Shown piece after piece: positions 1-8,684 of a stretch of 12,053 bases of DNA (the stretch's first letter is position 1; every line of letters begins with the position of its first letter). The DNA comes from a bacterium (GTDB taxonomy: Bacteria; Muiribacteriota; UBA6191), in assembly GCA_036339875.1 (NCBI GenBank), contig JAYZAC010000061.1, positions 1-12,053 of the forward strand, read 5' to 3'. The translations under genes were made by a program, and so were the position numbers. The notes under the pieces are model-generated. The model was not told the DNA's origin. It ran no database searches and was given only the letters and a program-made list of their open reading frames with translations.

Positions 1-498
1 TGGGCAAGTATGATGATTCCTGGGATGATGTTTATAGTTCCTCAATATGTCATTATCACAAAGCTAGAATGGGTTAATTCTCTTCAGAGTATGATTATTC
101 CGCATGCTGCAAACATTTTTGGCCTATACTTGATGAAGCAGTATATCGAACAGATTCCCCATTCCCTTTTCGAGGCTGCAATCATCGATGGAGCGGGAGA
201 GTTAGATTTGTTTAGAATTATCATTGTTCCTTTGACGATGCCAATTTTGATGACCCTGTTTCTAATGACTTTTTTAGCGCAATGGTCCAATTTCCTATGG
301 CAATTGATTGTTAATACTCCTGATTCGGCAATGATGACTCTACCTGTCGCTTTGAGCTATCTAAAGGGTCAGCATAATACTGACTGGACAACCTTGATGG
401 CAGGTTCAGCTGTTATGCTTGTGCCAATAGTGATCCTATTTCTTGCAACGCAGAAGTATTTTGTAGCTGGTATGACGGCAGGAGCTGTAAAGGAATGA
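1..498 (+). CDS. Carbohydrate ABC transporter permease (CUT1, MalG/UgpE-like), 5'-truncated by the window edge
   Basis: Frame is open from base 1 (TGG GCA AGT ATG ATG...), so the true start lies upstream. EAA loop '[23 protein letters not shown]', 'WSNFLWQL', 'TLPVAL' and C-terminal '[15 protein letters not shown]' are typical MalG-type motifs, with several hydrophobic helices. Stop TGA overlaps the next ATG. Confidence 0.93.
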   Translation, partial: WASMMIPGMMFIVPQYVIITKLEWVNSLQSMIIPHAANIFGLYLMKQYIEQIPHSLFEAAIIDGAGELDLFRIIIVPLTMPILMTLFLMTFLAQWSNFLWQLIVNTPDSAMMTLPVALSYLKGQHNTDWTTLMAGSAVMLVPIVILFLATQKYFVAGMTAGAVKE

Positions 499-2240
499 AG
501 CACTACAGAGTAATTACAAATCCTTTGTTCTTCCTTCTTCTGTCAGTTTCTATGCTTGGTATGATTCTCATGCTCTTGTCCGTGACCGATTTTCAGATTA
601 CTGATGACACCATTATAGATCTAGGTAAGCATCGTCTTGTAAAGAGACAGTTAGAAAATAATAAATCTATTTACGAAATTGTGGAATCTTCGCAGACTGA
701 AGATTTGGATGCCAGTTCAAATGGTAAAAGTGATGAAATTAATCGATTACTCCAACGAAAAAAACCAAGTACTTCGGAGATATCTGGTTTACGAGGTGAT
801 TCATCAACAGTAGACCCCCTCACCTCAGGTCAAGCAGAATCCCCTACCTCGTCGAAATGGAAACTAGCTCAGAATTCCTCATCTGTTCAGGGTGACTTTA
901 TTGTATCTAAGTCTTTTACTTTGGTTAAAGCAACTGAAGTATTGCAGAAAACTCAGGAGACCAAGAGTGAGCATCCAAAGAATTTCGAAAATTTAGATAA
1001 TGCCTCCAGAGACGTTCATAATGAACTTACAGAACCTCAGCAATTAAAGGTTTGGGTAACATATAACGATGAGCAATTTCGTGTTTATCAACGTTTAGTT
1101 AAAGATTTTGAGAATCAACATAAAGTGGAGATAAGTATATCTAGAATTCCTTTTCAAGGCCAAGGTGAGAAGATCATGTACGCATGTAATTCACGAAGGG
1201 CGCCCGATATAGCTCGTATGGATATTGGGTTGATTCCAAAATTTGCAGCAGGCAAGGCTTTAATGGCTCTTGATGATTTAGGCTTGAAGGAGTTTAGCTC
1301 AGAATTATTGGATGCTGCTCTTGATGCTGGGCGAGTTTTTCTCCCCGGTATTGGGTCTCGTAGTTATGCAGTACCCGATGAGTTTACGACTCTAGCTCTT
1401 TATTACAACAAAGAAATGTTTACTAACGCAGGACTGAATCCGAATAAACCTCCTGAATCTTGGCAAGAATTCATAGAGTATGCAAAAAAACTTACCAAAG
1501 ATTTAGATGCAGACGGAAAACCTGAACAGTATGGATTTGCAATGCAAATAACACCTTGGTGGTCAATGCCTTTTCTTTTTAGTTTTGATGGAAACGTTTT
1601 AGATGAAAAAACTATGCGCTGTAAATTGGGCGAAAAAGGTGCAATTAATGCGCTTAAATTTCAAGTGAGTTTGTCAACCGAGCATAAAATTGAAGGTGGT
1701 GCTTGGAGATCTGGAGCAATTACTCCAGCTATGGGTTTTAAGAACAAAATCTATGCCATGATTCTCAATGGTCCATGGAATCTTAGGTCTTTTCGAGATG
1801 CAGATTTACAATTCGGCGTGGGGCTAATTCCTGGTAATCCATCTTTGGGTATTCGTTCCAAGACGAATGTAGGTGGAAATGCTAACGTTATTTTTAGATC
1901 AACTAAAAGTCCAAAATTAGCTATGAAATTTTTACGTTACCTATCCTCGGCAAAGGTTCAAAGTATTTGGATGGAAGAATTAGGGGCAATACCGATTAAT
2001 AAGAAAGCACACACAATGGCACTTCAGAAAAATACGGTAGATACGGAATTACTTAAATTCATGGAACAAGCTGAGTATGCGGAAAGTCGTCCAAAAATAC
2101 CAGGTTACGACAAAATTGACCGTATAATTACAAATGAAGTTGAGACGGCTTTTAGCGGTGATAGGACTCCTGAAGAGGCTATGCTAAAAGCTTGTGAAAC
2201 AATAGAAGATACAGTTCTGAAGGAGCTTAAATTAAACTAA
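495..2240 (+). CDS. Sugar ABC transporter substrate-binding protein (SBP family 1) with ~180-aa N-terminal membrane anchor and linker
   Basis: ATGA overlap with the permease and GGAG upstream. From ~aa 183: 'LKVWV', 'APDIA', 'YAVP', '[22 protein letters not shown]', 'AMILNGPW', 'VGGNANVIF', 'TPEEAM', all typical of CUT1 binding proteins. Hydrophobic stretch at aa ~11-30. Confidence 0.9.
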   Translation: MKHYRVITNPLFFLLLSVSMLGMILMLLSVTDFQITDDTIIDLGKHRLVKRQLENNKSIYEIVESSQTEDLDASSNGKSDEINRLLQRKKPSTSEISGLRGDSSTVDPLTSGQAESPTSSKWKLAQNSSSVQGDFIVSKSFTLVKATEVLQKTQETKSEHPKNFENLDNASRDVHNELTEPQQLKVWVTYNDEQFRVYQRLVKDFENQHKVEISISRIPFQGQGEKIMYACNSRRAPDIARMDIGLIPKFAAGKALMALDDLGLKEFSSELLDAALDAGRVFLPGIGSRSYAVPDEFTTLALYYNKEMFTNAGLNPNKPPESWQEFIEYAKKLTKDLDADGKPEQYGFAMQITPWWSMPFLFSFDGNVLDEKTMRCKLGEKGAINALKFQVSLSTEHKIEGGAWRSGAITPAMGFKNKIYAMILNGPWNLRSFRDADLQFGVGLIPGNPSLGIRSKTNVGGNANVIFRSTKSPKLAMKFLRYLSSAKVQSIWMEELGAIPINKKAHTMALQKNTVDTELLKFMEQAEYAESRPKIPGYDKIDRIITNEVETAFSGDRTPEEAMLKACETIEDTVLKELKLN

Positions 2241-2341
2241 TGTATAGGATTCCGAACCAATTTTCCCAAGAATAAGTAATTAGACTTTATTTGATAGCAA
2301 GTGAGTCGATAGAGAATAAAAAGTAAGGGAGTATTACATCC

Positions 2342-5086
2342 ATGCGGATGCTTATTATTACATTCATATTATCAATTTTAGTCTCGCTAACAGTGCGAGC
2401 AAATCCTTTCGAAAAATTAAAACTAGAGCCTACATTATTTCAGTTGCAGAGTTTAAAGTTTAATTCCAAGCAGAATACTGGGATACTTTCAGAATATGTC
2501 CTGCGTGAAATGCAGAATTTTCCGGGGGTTCATGGTCTCACTCTATCTAATTTAATCTACTACGAGAAGGGTTTATCTCAAAAGTCTGAAATTGCTACTA
2601 CTGAAACCTTAGAGTATATGGTTTTTGAAGGTAAATTAGAGAAAAGATTAAATACAGACGAGCAATTACTTATCCAAGGTTTTTACATAGGCAGTAATTT
2701 GTCCAAGTATGCAAAAGATGTCGATTTATTGGAGCGTTTTTTAAGCGCATCATTGGATGTGAAGAGGGCTGCTTGGGTCCAATTAGTTGGAGTTTTAGTA
2801 AGTCGCGAAGCTGAAAATTTAAATCTTCTAAAGGATAAAGCGAGACCAAATCTAGATAATGTTTTGCAACGGGCAAGTTCTCGTAAGGATTCGGATGCTT
2901 TCTTCCATTTTGTATTAGGTCATTATTATTTAGAGCAATTAAGAGATGAAGAGATTAATCCCTATCGCAGACTGCGACTTGTGGCGGCGGCTTTTGAAGC
3001 CTCTAGGACACGAGACCCTCGTAACAGGAGTTTATTCACCAGTATAACGTCTAGCTATATAGAGTTACATGAAGAGTTACATGAGGCTGGAATCCCGCAA
3101 CCATTTGAATTTGAAGAACTAGTCTTTCGTAGAATAATTCTTTTAGATCCTCGAAATCCTTGGGCTCATAACAATTTAGCATATTTATATTGTCAACATA
3201 ACGTTGAGCTAGTAGAAGCCTTGAGAGAGGCTCGCATAGCGAATCATCTGGAGAAGAACAATCCTTATTTAATGGATACCCTTGGTTGGGCTTTATACAA
3301 GAACAAAATGTTCAAAGAGGCAGAGGAAGTTCTTCAAAAAGCTATTGCTATAAATCCTGAACTTCCTGATATCCATTTTCATTTGGCTACAGTTTATTAT
3401 GATATGAAGAAGTTTAAGAAATCGATTGAGTCATTTAAGAAGACGACTGAATTGGATCCTGATAGTTCTTTGGCTCTAAACAATTTGGCATATTTGTACA
3501 GCGAACTTGGTATTCATTTGGAAGATGGCCTAAAACTAGCTAAACGGGCTATTGCCATGCAACCAGATAATTCTGCCTATTTAGATACTATGGGCTGGCT
3601 ACATTACAAATTGGGTAACTTTTCGGAGGCTGTGAAGTATCTTAAGCAAGCAGCAGAATTAGATCCGGATTCTGCCGAGACCCAGTATCATCTCAGTCAG
3701 GCCTATCTTAAAATTGGAGGAACGGATCAGTCGGTCAAATATTTGCGGAAGTCAATGAAGTTAAACTCTTCGGGTGATGCTATTGTTGAAAATACTAATA
3801 ATAAGAATCTAAGTTTTATGATTCTTATGAATTCAATTCAAGAGGCTAGGGATAAGTATTTGGCTATGCCCGATGTTCCTAAAAATCGCACAAATTTAAA
3901 GGTCTTTTACGATCAACTAATTTTTCTTGCGCAAAGTATTGGAGATTTAACATTAGTCCAGAAATTTGCTTTAGAACTTCAGAATTTCCCCGAAAGAGAC
4001 CCCGCTTTGGATGCAAAAGAGATACTAGTTGACCACGATCACGATGACGAACATGATCATAGTACAGAAAATAGCCCGTTGGTTTCCGCAACAATAGTTC
4101 CCGTTTTAAAGAGCAATTTAGAGGTCATGGATATCAACATACAGAGGTTTTTTCCAAAAAATACAGACTTATATTTAGAATTTGGTCGTCGAAGTCTATC
4201 TTTTGTAATCTCTAAGATTTTGAATAGTGAAATTCTAAGTGAATCTCGTAAAGATTATCCTCTACCGCTTGAAAACTCTTCACTAAATGATATTATTCAA
4301 CAAAATATTCCCCAAAAGCTTGCAATACATATTGGCAAACCGAGCTCTGAATTGAAGACGCAAATTTATGCGGTTGCAAAAGTAGATCAAGTCAGGGAAA
4401 ACAATTTATTGACTGGCTTGCGTGGGTTGAGCTTTGCTGAATTTGCAGTTCCATGGATAAATGAGCAATTCCAATTAAGTGAAGTATCTAGAAGAATTTT
4501 CCACTTAAAAGGGAAGCAATTTAATCTTTTTATACTTCTTAAAAATGAACACTTGATCGTTAGTAATTCATTAATCGCTATTCGCGGCCTTCCTTACTCT
4601 ACTGAAAAGTCTTTAGAATCAAATGATGCTATTACAAAATTGAAGCCTAATGTGGATCAAGCTGCTCTAATTTTTTGTGGAAATCTTTCGGTTTTTAATC
4701 ATATTAAAGATGAATCATTACTAAAGTTATTTCGAAATGATACGCAGGGGATGAAGGAGTGGTTTGATAAAGTAACTAAGTATGTTTCCGTTGTTACTTT
4801 GAAGGATTCCAGACTAGAAGAGTTCGAGATAGTATCTTTCAAAGATGCTCAGGATATTCCCCTCTTTCAAGAATTACTTGAAAAAAAATCAAAGTCATTA
4901 AAAAATGATTATTTAAAAAATAGCGGAGTCGCCCTAGACTCGGAAATGCAGGTCAAAGAAGACCAATTGGAGATTAAAACGAGAGTAAATGACCTAGATA
5001 AATTTCTAGGATATTTTCTGAGATTTCTGAAAGATGAAGGGCAAAAACTTCTCGATAAGCAAAATAAGAATGGAGAGGAACAATGA
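2342..5086 (+). CDS. Exported tetratricopeptide-repeat (TPR) protein with an uncharacterised C-terminal domain
   Basis: 914-aa ORF with AAGGGAG upstream. Signal-peptide-like N-terminus (MRMLIITFILSILVSLTVRA|N). At least six clear TPRs (NNLAY..., DTLGW..., HLA...), a His/Asp tract, and ~330 C-terminal aa that I do not recognise. Confidence 0.85.
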   Translation: MRMLIITFILSILVSLTVRANPFEKLKLEPTLFQLQSLKFNSKQNTGILSEYVLREMQNFPGVHGLTLSNLIYYEKGLSQKSEIATTETLEYMVFEGKLEKRLNTDEQLLIQGFYIGSNLSKYAKDVDLLERFLSASLDVKRAAWVQLVGVLVSREAENLNLLKDKARPNLDNVLQRASSRKDSDAFFHFVLGHYYLEQLRDEEINPYRRLRLVAAAFEASRTRDPRNRSLFTSITSSYIELHEELHEAGIPQPFEFEELVFRRIILLDPRNPWAHNNLAYLYCQHNVELVEALREARIANHLEKNNPYLMDTLGWALYKNKMFKEAEEVLQKAIAINPELPDIHFHLATVYYDMKKFKKSIESFKKTTELDPDSSLALNNLAYLYSELGIHLEDGLKLAKRAIAMQPDNSAYLDTMGWLHYKLGNFSEAVKYLKQAAELDPDSAETQYHLSQAYLKIGGTDQSVKYLRKSMKLNSSGDAIVENTNNKNLSFMILMNSIQEARDKYLAMPDVPKNRTNLKVFYDQLIFLAQSIGDLTLVQKFALELQNFPERDPALDAKEILVDHDHDDEHDHSTENSPLVSATIVPVLKSNLEVMDINIQRFFPKNTDLYLEFGRRSLSFVISKILNSEILSESRKDYPLPLENSSLNDIIQQNIPQKLAIHIGKPSSELKTQIYAVAKVDQVRENNLLTGLRGLSFAEFAVPWINEQFQLSEVSRRIFHLKGKQFNLFILLKNEHLIVSNSLIAIRGLPYSTEKSLESNDAITKLKPNVDQAALIFCGNLSVFNHIKDESLLKLFRNDTQGMKEWFDKVTKYVSVVTLKDSRLEEFEIVSFKDAQDIPLFQELLEKKSKSLKNDYLKNSGVALDSEMQVKEDQLEIKTRVNDLDKFLGYFLRFLKDEGQKLLDKQNKNGEEQ
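3158..3775 (+). repeat. Tandem duplication of a three-TPR unit (2 x 309 nt / 103 aa) within the TPR gene
   Basis: Unit 1 (3158-3466): PWAHNNLAYLY / PYLMDTLGWALYK / PDIHFHLATVY...ELDPDS. Unit 2 (3467-3775): SLALNNLAYLY / SAYLDTMGWLHYK / AETQYHLSQAY. Equivalent motifs are 309 nt apart. Similarity is mainly at the protein level. Confidence 0.75.
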
Positions 5087-5349
5087 GTTCGAAGCCTAAA
5101 GTTAATATTCAAGATCAATTAATGTATCAAGCGCGTAAAGAGCGATTAAACTTAAAAATATATTTGATGCGTGGCCTTATGTTACAGGGAAAAGTTGTCA
5201 GTTATGATCAATACTCTATTTTGATTCAAGGAATGGGTCGCTACCAACTGATTTTTAAACATGCAATTTCCACTGTAGACTTTCCTGAAGGGATGGTGCT
5301 GAAATCATCTCAAGGTAAGGACGATGAGTCGGTAGAAGATAAAGAGTAA
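5083..5349 (+). CDS. hfq: RNA chaperone Hfq
   Basis: 88 aa with 'NIQD', 'RKER', Sm1 'IYLMRGLMLQGKVVSYDQYSILI' and Sm2 'QLIFKHAISTV', plus an acidic tail (DDESVEDKE). SD GGAGAGGA at 5072-5079. ATGA overlap with the TPR gene stop. Confidence 0.93.
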   Translation: MSSKPKVNIQDQLMYQARKERLNLKIYLMRGLMLQGKVVSYDQYSILIQGMGRYQLIFKHAISTVDFPEGMVLKSSQGKDDESVEDKE

Positions 5350-5613
5350 ATTGATTTATTAGAATGCAACTAACATACGCCTGGACACCATTTTGATCGG
5401 TCATAGCTCTGAAATTCTGCGTTGTAAATAGACCGTTTAAGTGAGGGCTCCAGAGCGCATAGATATTTTCTGATGACTTGATTATAGTACCTTGATACGT
5501 CTATTACAAATGAAGTTCAGTACACAAGAAGAACTAGTCTTATCGTTAAAATAATTAAATTATCAAAAAATTGACTGTTGATTCTTGGTATGTAAATTTC
5601 AAAAGCGAATCAA

Positions 5614-8412
5614 TTAATACGATAGTAAATGACCTGGCTTGGAAGTCATTTGCTTAATTGGAGGAGCAAATCGAGTGAGATTGATCCCATCAGTCGCCTC
5701 CTTGTACTCCTCTAATGTAGGTGTTCTACCAAGAATTGCTGATAAAACAACCACGGGAGTAGAAGCTAGTAATGATTCTCCCTTCTTACGATCTGAATCT
5801 TTCACAACGCGTCCTTGAAAAAGACGCGTAGAAGTAGACATGACACTATCACCTTTCTCCGCTTTTTCTTGGTTACCCATGCATAGATTACAACCCGGTC
5901 TTTCTAGATATAGAATGTTTTCATATTTTGTTCGAGCAACTGCTTTTGGAGCTGAATCATCAAATTCAAAACCAGAATACTTTTGCAGAATTTTCCAATC
6001 GCCCTCTTCCTTTAATTCATCAATAATATTATAGGTTGGAGCGGTTAGAACTAATGGAGCCTTGAATACTACGTCACCCGAATTTTTCTCAAGATTTTTA
6101 AGCATCATTGCTACAATTTTAATATCACCTTTATGCACCATGCAGGATCCCACAAAACCTAAATCGATTTGTTTTTTTCCTTGATAATAAGAAAGAGCAC
6201 GAATTGTATCGTGTGTGTAGCGTTTAGAGATATCTTCATTATGTACATCTGGGTCCGCTATCATTGGCTCATCAATAATATCTAAATCAACCACTAGTTC
6301 AGCGTGGTAACTTGCATTTAAGTCAGGTTGGAGTGGAGGTTTTTCTCCGGATTTTATTTCTTCAATTCGTTTATTTACCTTATCAACTAAACCCTGAAGA
6401 ACTTGTTTCTGATTATCCATTCCCTTATTGATCATAATTTGTATTCTATCTTTGGCAATATTCAAAGATTCTATTAATGTTTCACTTTGAGAAATACAAA
6501 TGGATGCCTTCGCTTTCATTTCAGCTGTCCAATCAGTGAAAGTGAATGCTTGATCGGCAAGTAAAGTGCCAATGTGTACTTCTATAATTCTACCTTGAAA
6601 TACATTTTCACCATTAAATTTCTTGAGCATTTGGCTTTGGGTTGCATGAACGACATCGCGAAAATCCATGTGATCTTTCATTGAACCTTTAAAGGTGACT
6701 TTCACAGATTCTGGTATGGGCATAGAAGCTTCACCGGTAGCTAAAGCTAATGCTACAGTTCCTGAATCAGCACCAAAGGCTACGCCTTTAGACATCCGAG
6801 TATGAGAATCCCCTCCTATGATGATTGACCAATCATCTACCGTGATATCATTTAAAACTTTATGAATCACATCTGTCATAGGAGCATATTTCTGTTCTGG
6901 GTGACGGGCAGTTATTAGTCCAAAATCATGCATAAAATTCATGAGCCTGGGTATGTTTTCTTTAGATTTTTGATCCCAAACAGATGCAGTGTGACATCCA
7001 GACTGATAGCCAGCATCAACTAAGGGTGAGATAGTAGTGGCAGCCATCATTTCCAGTTCTTGAGAAGTCATCAAGCCGGTAGTGTCTTGCGACCCTACAA
7101 TATTTACGTTAACGCGGACGTAAGAACCTGCGTGGAGTGTATTTCCAGAGGTACCAACGGCATTTTTGTTAAAAATCTTCTCAACAGCTGTAAGTCCACG
7201 ATCTTCAATTGAAACTTCTTTAGATTTAGCAAATACAGGTTTAGGTTCTACACCAAGCGTATTTGCTGCAAATGTCTGTAACTTTTTTCCAAATACAACA
7301 GCATAAGAACCTCCAGCTTTCATAAATTCCATTTTTTGAGGTGTGAAAGACGAAGAAATATCAATTAGCTCTTTGCTACCGTTATAAAGTTTTTTTGTTT
7401 TTGTGTTAATGGTTAGAACGGTACCTGTGTCGACAGAGTAGATTTTTTCTAAAACTGGATCACCATTTTGATCAAGGATCAAATTACCACTTTCATCGTA
7501 TTTTTTTTGCCAATTTTCTAAATCTAATCCTATGCCACCAGTAACTCCAACAGTGGTTAGAAATATTGGAGATATACCATTGGTTCCAGCCACAACGGGA
7601 GCGATGTTGATAAATGGGATGTATTTACTAGCAGGTTTTCCAATCCATAAAGCTACGTTATTGACACCTGACATTCTCGATGAACCCACCCCCATAGTTC
7701 CCTTTTCAGCGACTAACATAATTCTTTTATCAGGATGCTGAGCTTGTAATTCTACTAAGGCTTTTTGCTGTTCTGTATTGTGTTCAAACATACATTGTCC
7801 ATGAAGTTGTCGATCTGATCTTGAATGAGCGTCTCCACCCGGTGATAATAAATCTGTTGAAATATCTCCAATTCCAGCCACAAAGGTAACAAGCTCTATT
7901 TTTTCGGGTAAATCTGGAAGCTCAGTGAAAAATTCAGCCTTTGCGTAGCTTTCAAGAATTTCCCTCGATATCTTATTTCCAGCATTGAATGCTTCTTCTA
8001 GTCGCATCATATCCGCTTCATAAAGAAAAACTTGTGTCTTCAAAACTTCTGCGGCCGATTGAGCATATGTAGCATTTTCATCTAACGCTAGATCCAGTAA
8101 CGCTTTGATGGAAGGTCCACCTTTCATGTGGGACAGTAGCTCTAATGCAAATGGTGGACTGATTTCGTCTACATGGTATTCGTCTAGGATAATACTCTTT
8201 AAAAAGTTCGCTTTCACAAGAGCGGCGCTTGTGGTTCCAGGTAGGACATTGTAAATAAAAAAATTTAGAGCTGCTTCTCTATGAATGTGATTCGAATCCT
8301 TAATGTATTCAATTAGCTCACTTAAAAGTTCAGCGCTATCAATTGGTTTTGGATCAAGATTTAATGTTTTTCTTTCTTTGATATCATCTAAATATTCATT
8401 ATATAAGCTCAT
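5614..8412 (-). CDS. acnB: Bifunctional aconitate hydratase 2 / 2-methylisocitrate dehydratase (AcnB)
   Basis: 932 aa with AcnB domain order: helical N-terminal domain, swivel domain ('STDLLSP', 'GVGSSRMSGVN'), then 'GSQDTTG', 'CHTA', 'GGDSHTR'. Three [4Fe-4S] cysteines in 'FVGSCM' and 'PGCNLCMGNQ', followed by 'STSTR'. Confidence 0.95.
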   Translation of the reverse strand: MSLYNEYLDDIKERKTLNLDPKPIDSAELLSELIEYIKDSNHIHREAALNFFIYNVLPGTTSAALVKANFLKSIILDEYHVDEISPPFALELLSHMKGGPSIKALLDLALDENATYAQSAAEVLKTQVFLYEADMMRLEEAFNAGNKISREILESYAKAEFFTELPDLPEKIELVTFVAGIGDISTDLLSPGGDAHSRSDRQLHGQCMFEHNTEQQKALVELQAQHPDKRIMLVAEKGTMGVGSSRMSGVNNVALWIGKPASKYIPFINIAPVVAGTNGISPIFLTTVGVTGGIGLDLENWQKKYDESGNLILDQNGDPVLEKIYSVDTGTVLTINTKTKKLYNGSKELIDISSSFTPQKMEFMKAGGSYAVVFGKKLQTFAANTLGVEPKPVFAKSKEVSIEDRGLTAVEKIFNKNAVGTSGNTLHAGSYVRVNVNIVGSQDTTGLMTSQELEMMAATTISPLVDAGYQSGCHTASVWDQKSKENIPRLMNFMHDFGLITARHPEQKYAPMTDVIHKVLNDITVDDWSIIIGGDSHTRMSKGVAFGADSGTVALALATGEASMPIPESVKVTFKGSMKDHMDFRDVVHATQSQMLKKFNGENVFQGRIIEVHIGTLLADQAFTFTDWTAEMKAKASICISQSETLIESLNIAKDRIQIMINKGMDNQKQVLQGLVDKVNKRIEEIKSGEKPPLQPDLNASYHAELVVDLDIIDEPMIADPDVHNEDISKRYTHDTIRALSYYQGKKQIDLGFVGSCMVHKGDIKIVAMMLKNLEKNSGDVVFKAPLVLTAPTYNIIDELKEEGDWKILQKYSGFEFDDSAPKAVARTKYENILYLERPGCNLCMGNQEKAEKGDSVMSTSTRLFQGRVVKDSDRKKGESLLASTPVVVLSAILGRTPTLEEYKEATDGINLTRFAPPIKQMTSKPGHLLSY

Positions 8413-8466
8413 ATACTTTACAATCTCTCTTGGCTCAAGTTAAAAACTAAAATTAATTCAGAAATT

Positions 8467-8487
8467 TTAATCCTGCGGCAGGTTTAA
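8467..8487. promoter_or_regulatory. Near-perfect 21-bp palindrome upstream of acnB (operator or RNA hairpin)
   Basis: TTAA-T-CCTGC-G-GCAGG-T-TTAA: 9 of 10 symmetric pairs match, with a GC-rich core in an AT-rich spacer about 55 nt upstream of the acnB ATG. Function is inferred. Confidence 0.4.
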
Positions 8488-8648
8488 CAGTTTACGTGTG
8501 TGTTCATGTTTAGCTGCTAAGCCAGAATTAATCGCACGGATCATTCTTGGCCCCTTCATAAAAACAGCAATTTCTATGAACGTTTTAGGGCTCCCAATCT
8601 ACCACAGAGAAACATAATATTAAAGTAACAAATTGGTCTACATATGCC

Positions 8649-8678
8649 TTGCATAAAAGGTATCAAGCTTGTTAAGTT
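8649..8678 (+). promoter_or_regulatory. Candidate sigma70 promoter for hisC (predicts a leaderless transcript)
   Basis: TTGCAT (8649-8654), 18-nt spacer, extended -10 TGtTAAGTT (8670-8678), then 6 nt to the A of ATG at 8685. No SD is present before the ATG. Confidence 0.45.
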
Positions 8679-8684
8679 TGCCCA

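Noticed and set aside
5364..5554. Tiny + strand ORFs MQLTYAWTPF (5364-5396) and MKFSTQEELVLSLK (5510-5554)
   Set aside because: No SD, very short and no supporting features.
5549..5566. Fur/PerR box
   Set aside because: ATAAT/ATTAT half-sites are separated by 3 nt rather than the 7-1-7 spacing, and the AT-rich context makes a chance match likely.
8529..8543. CCGUGC (- strand) as an iron-responsive-element-like loop upstream of aconitase
   Set aside because: The stem closes on a 5-nt CGUGC loop and lacks the bulged C five pairs upstream, so it does not fit IRE geometry.
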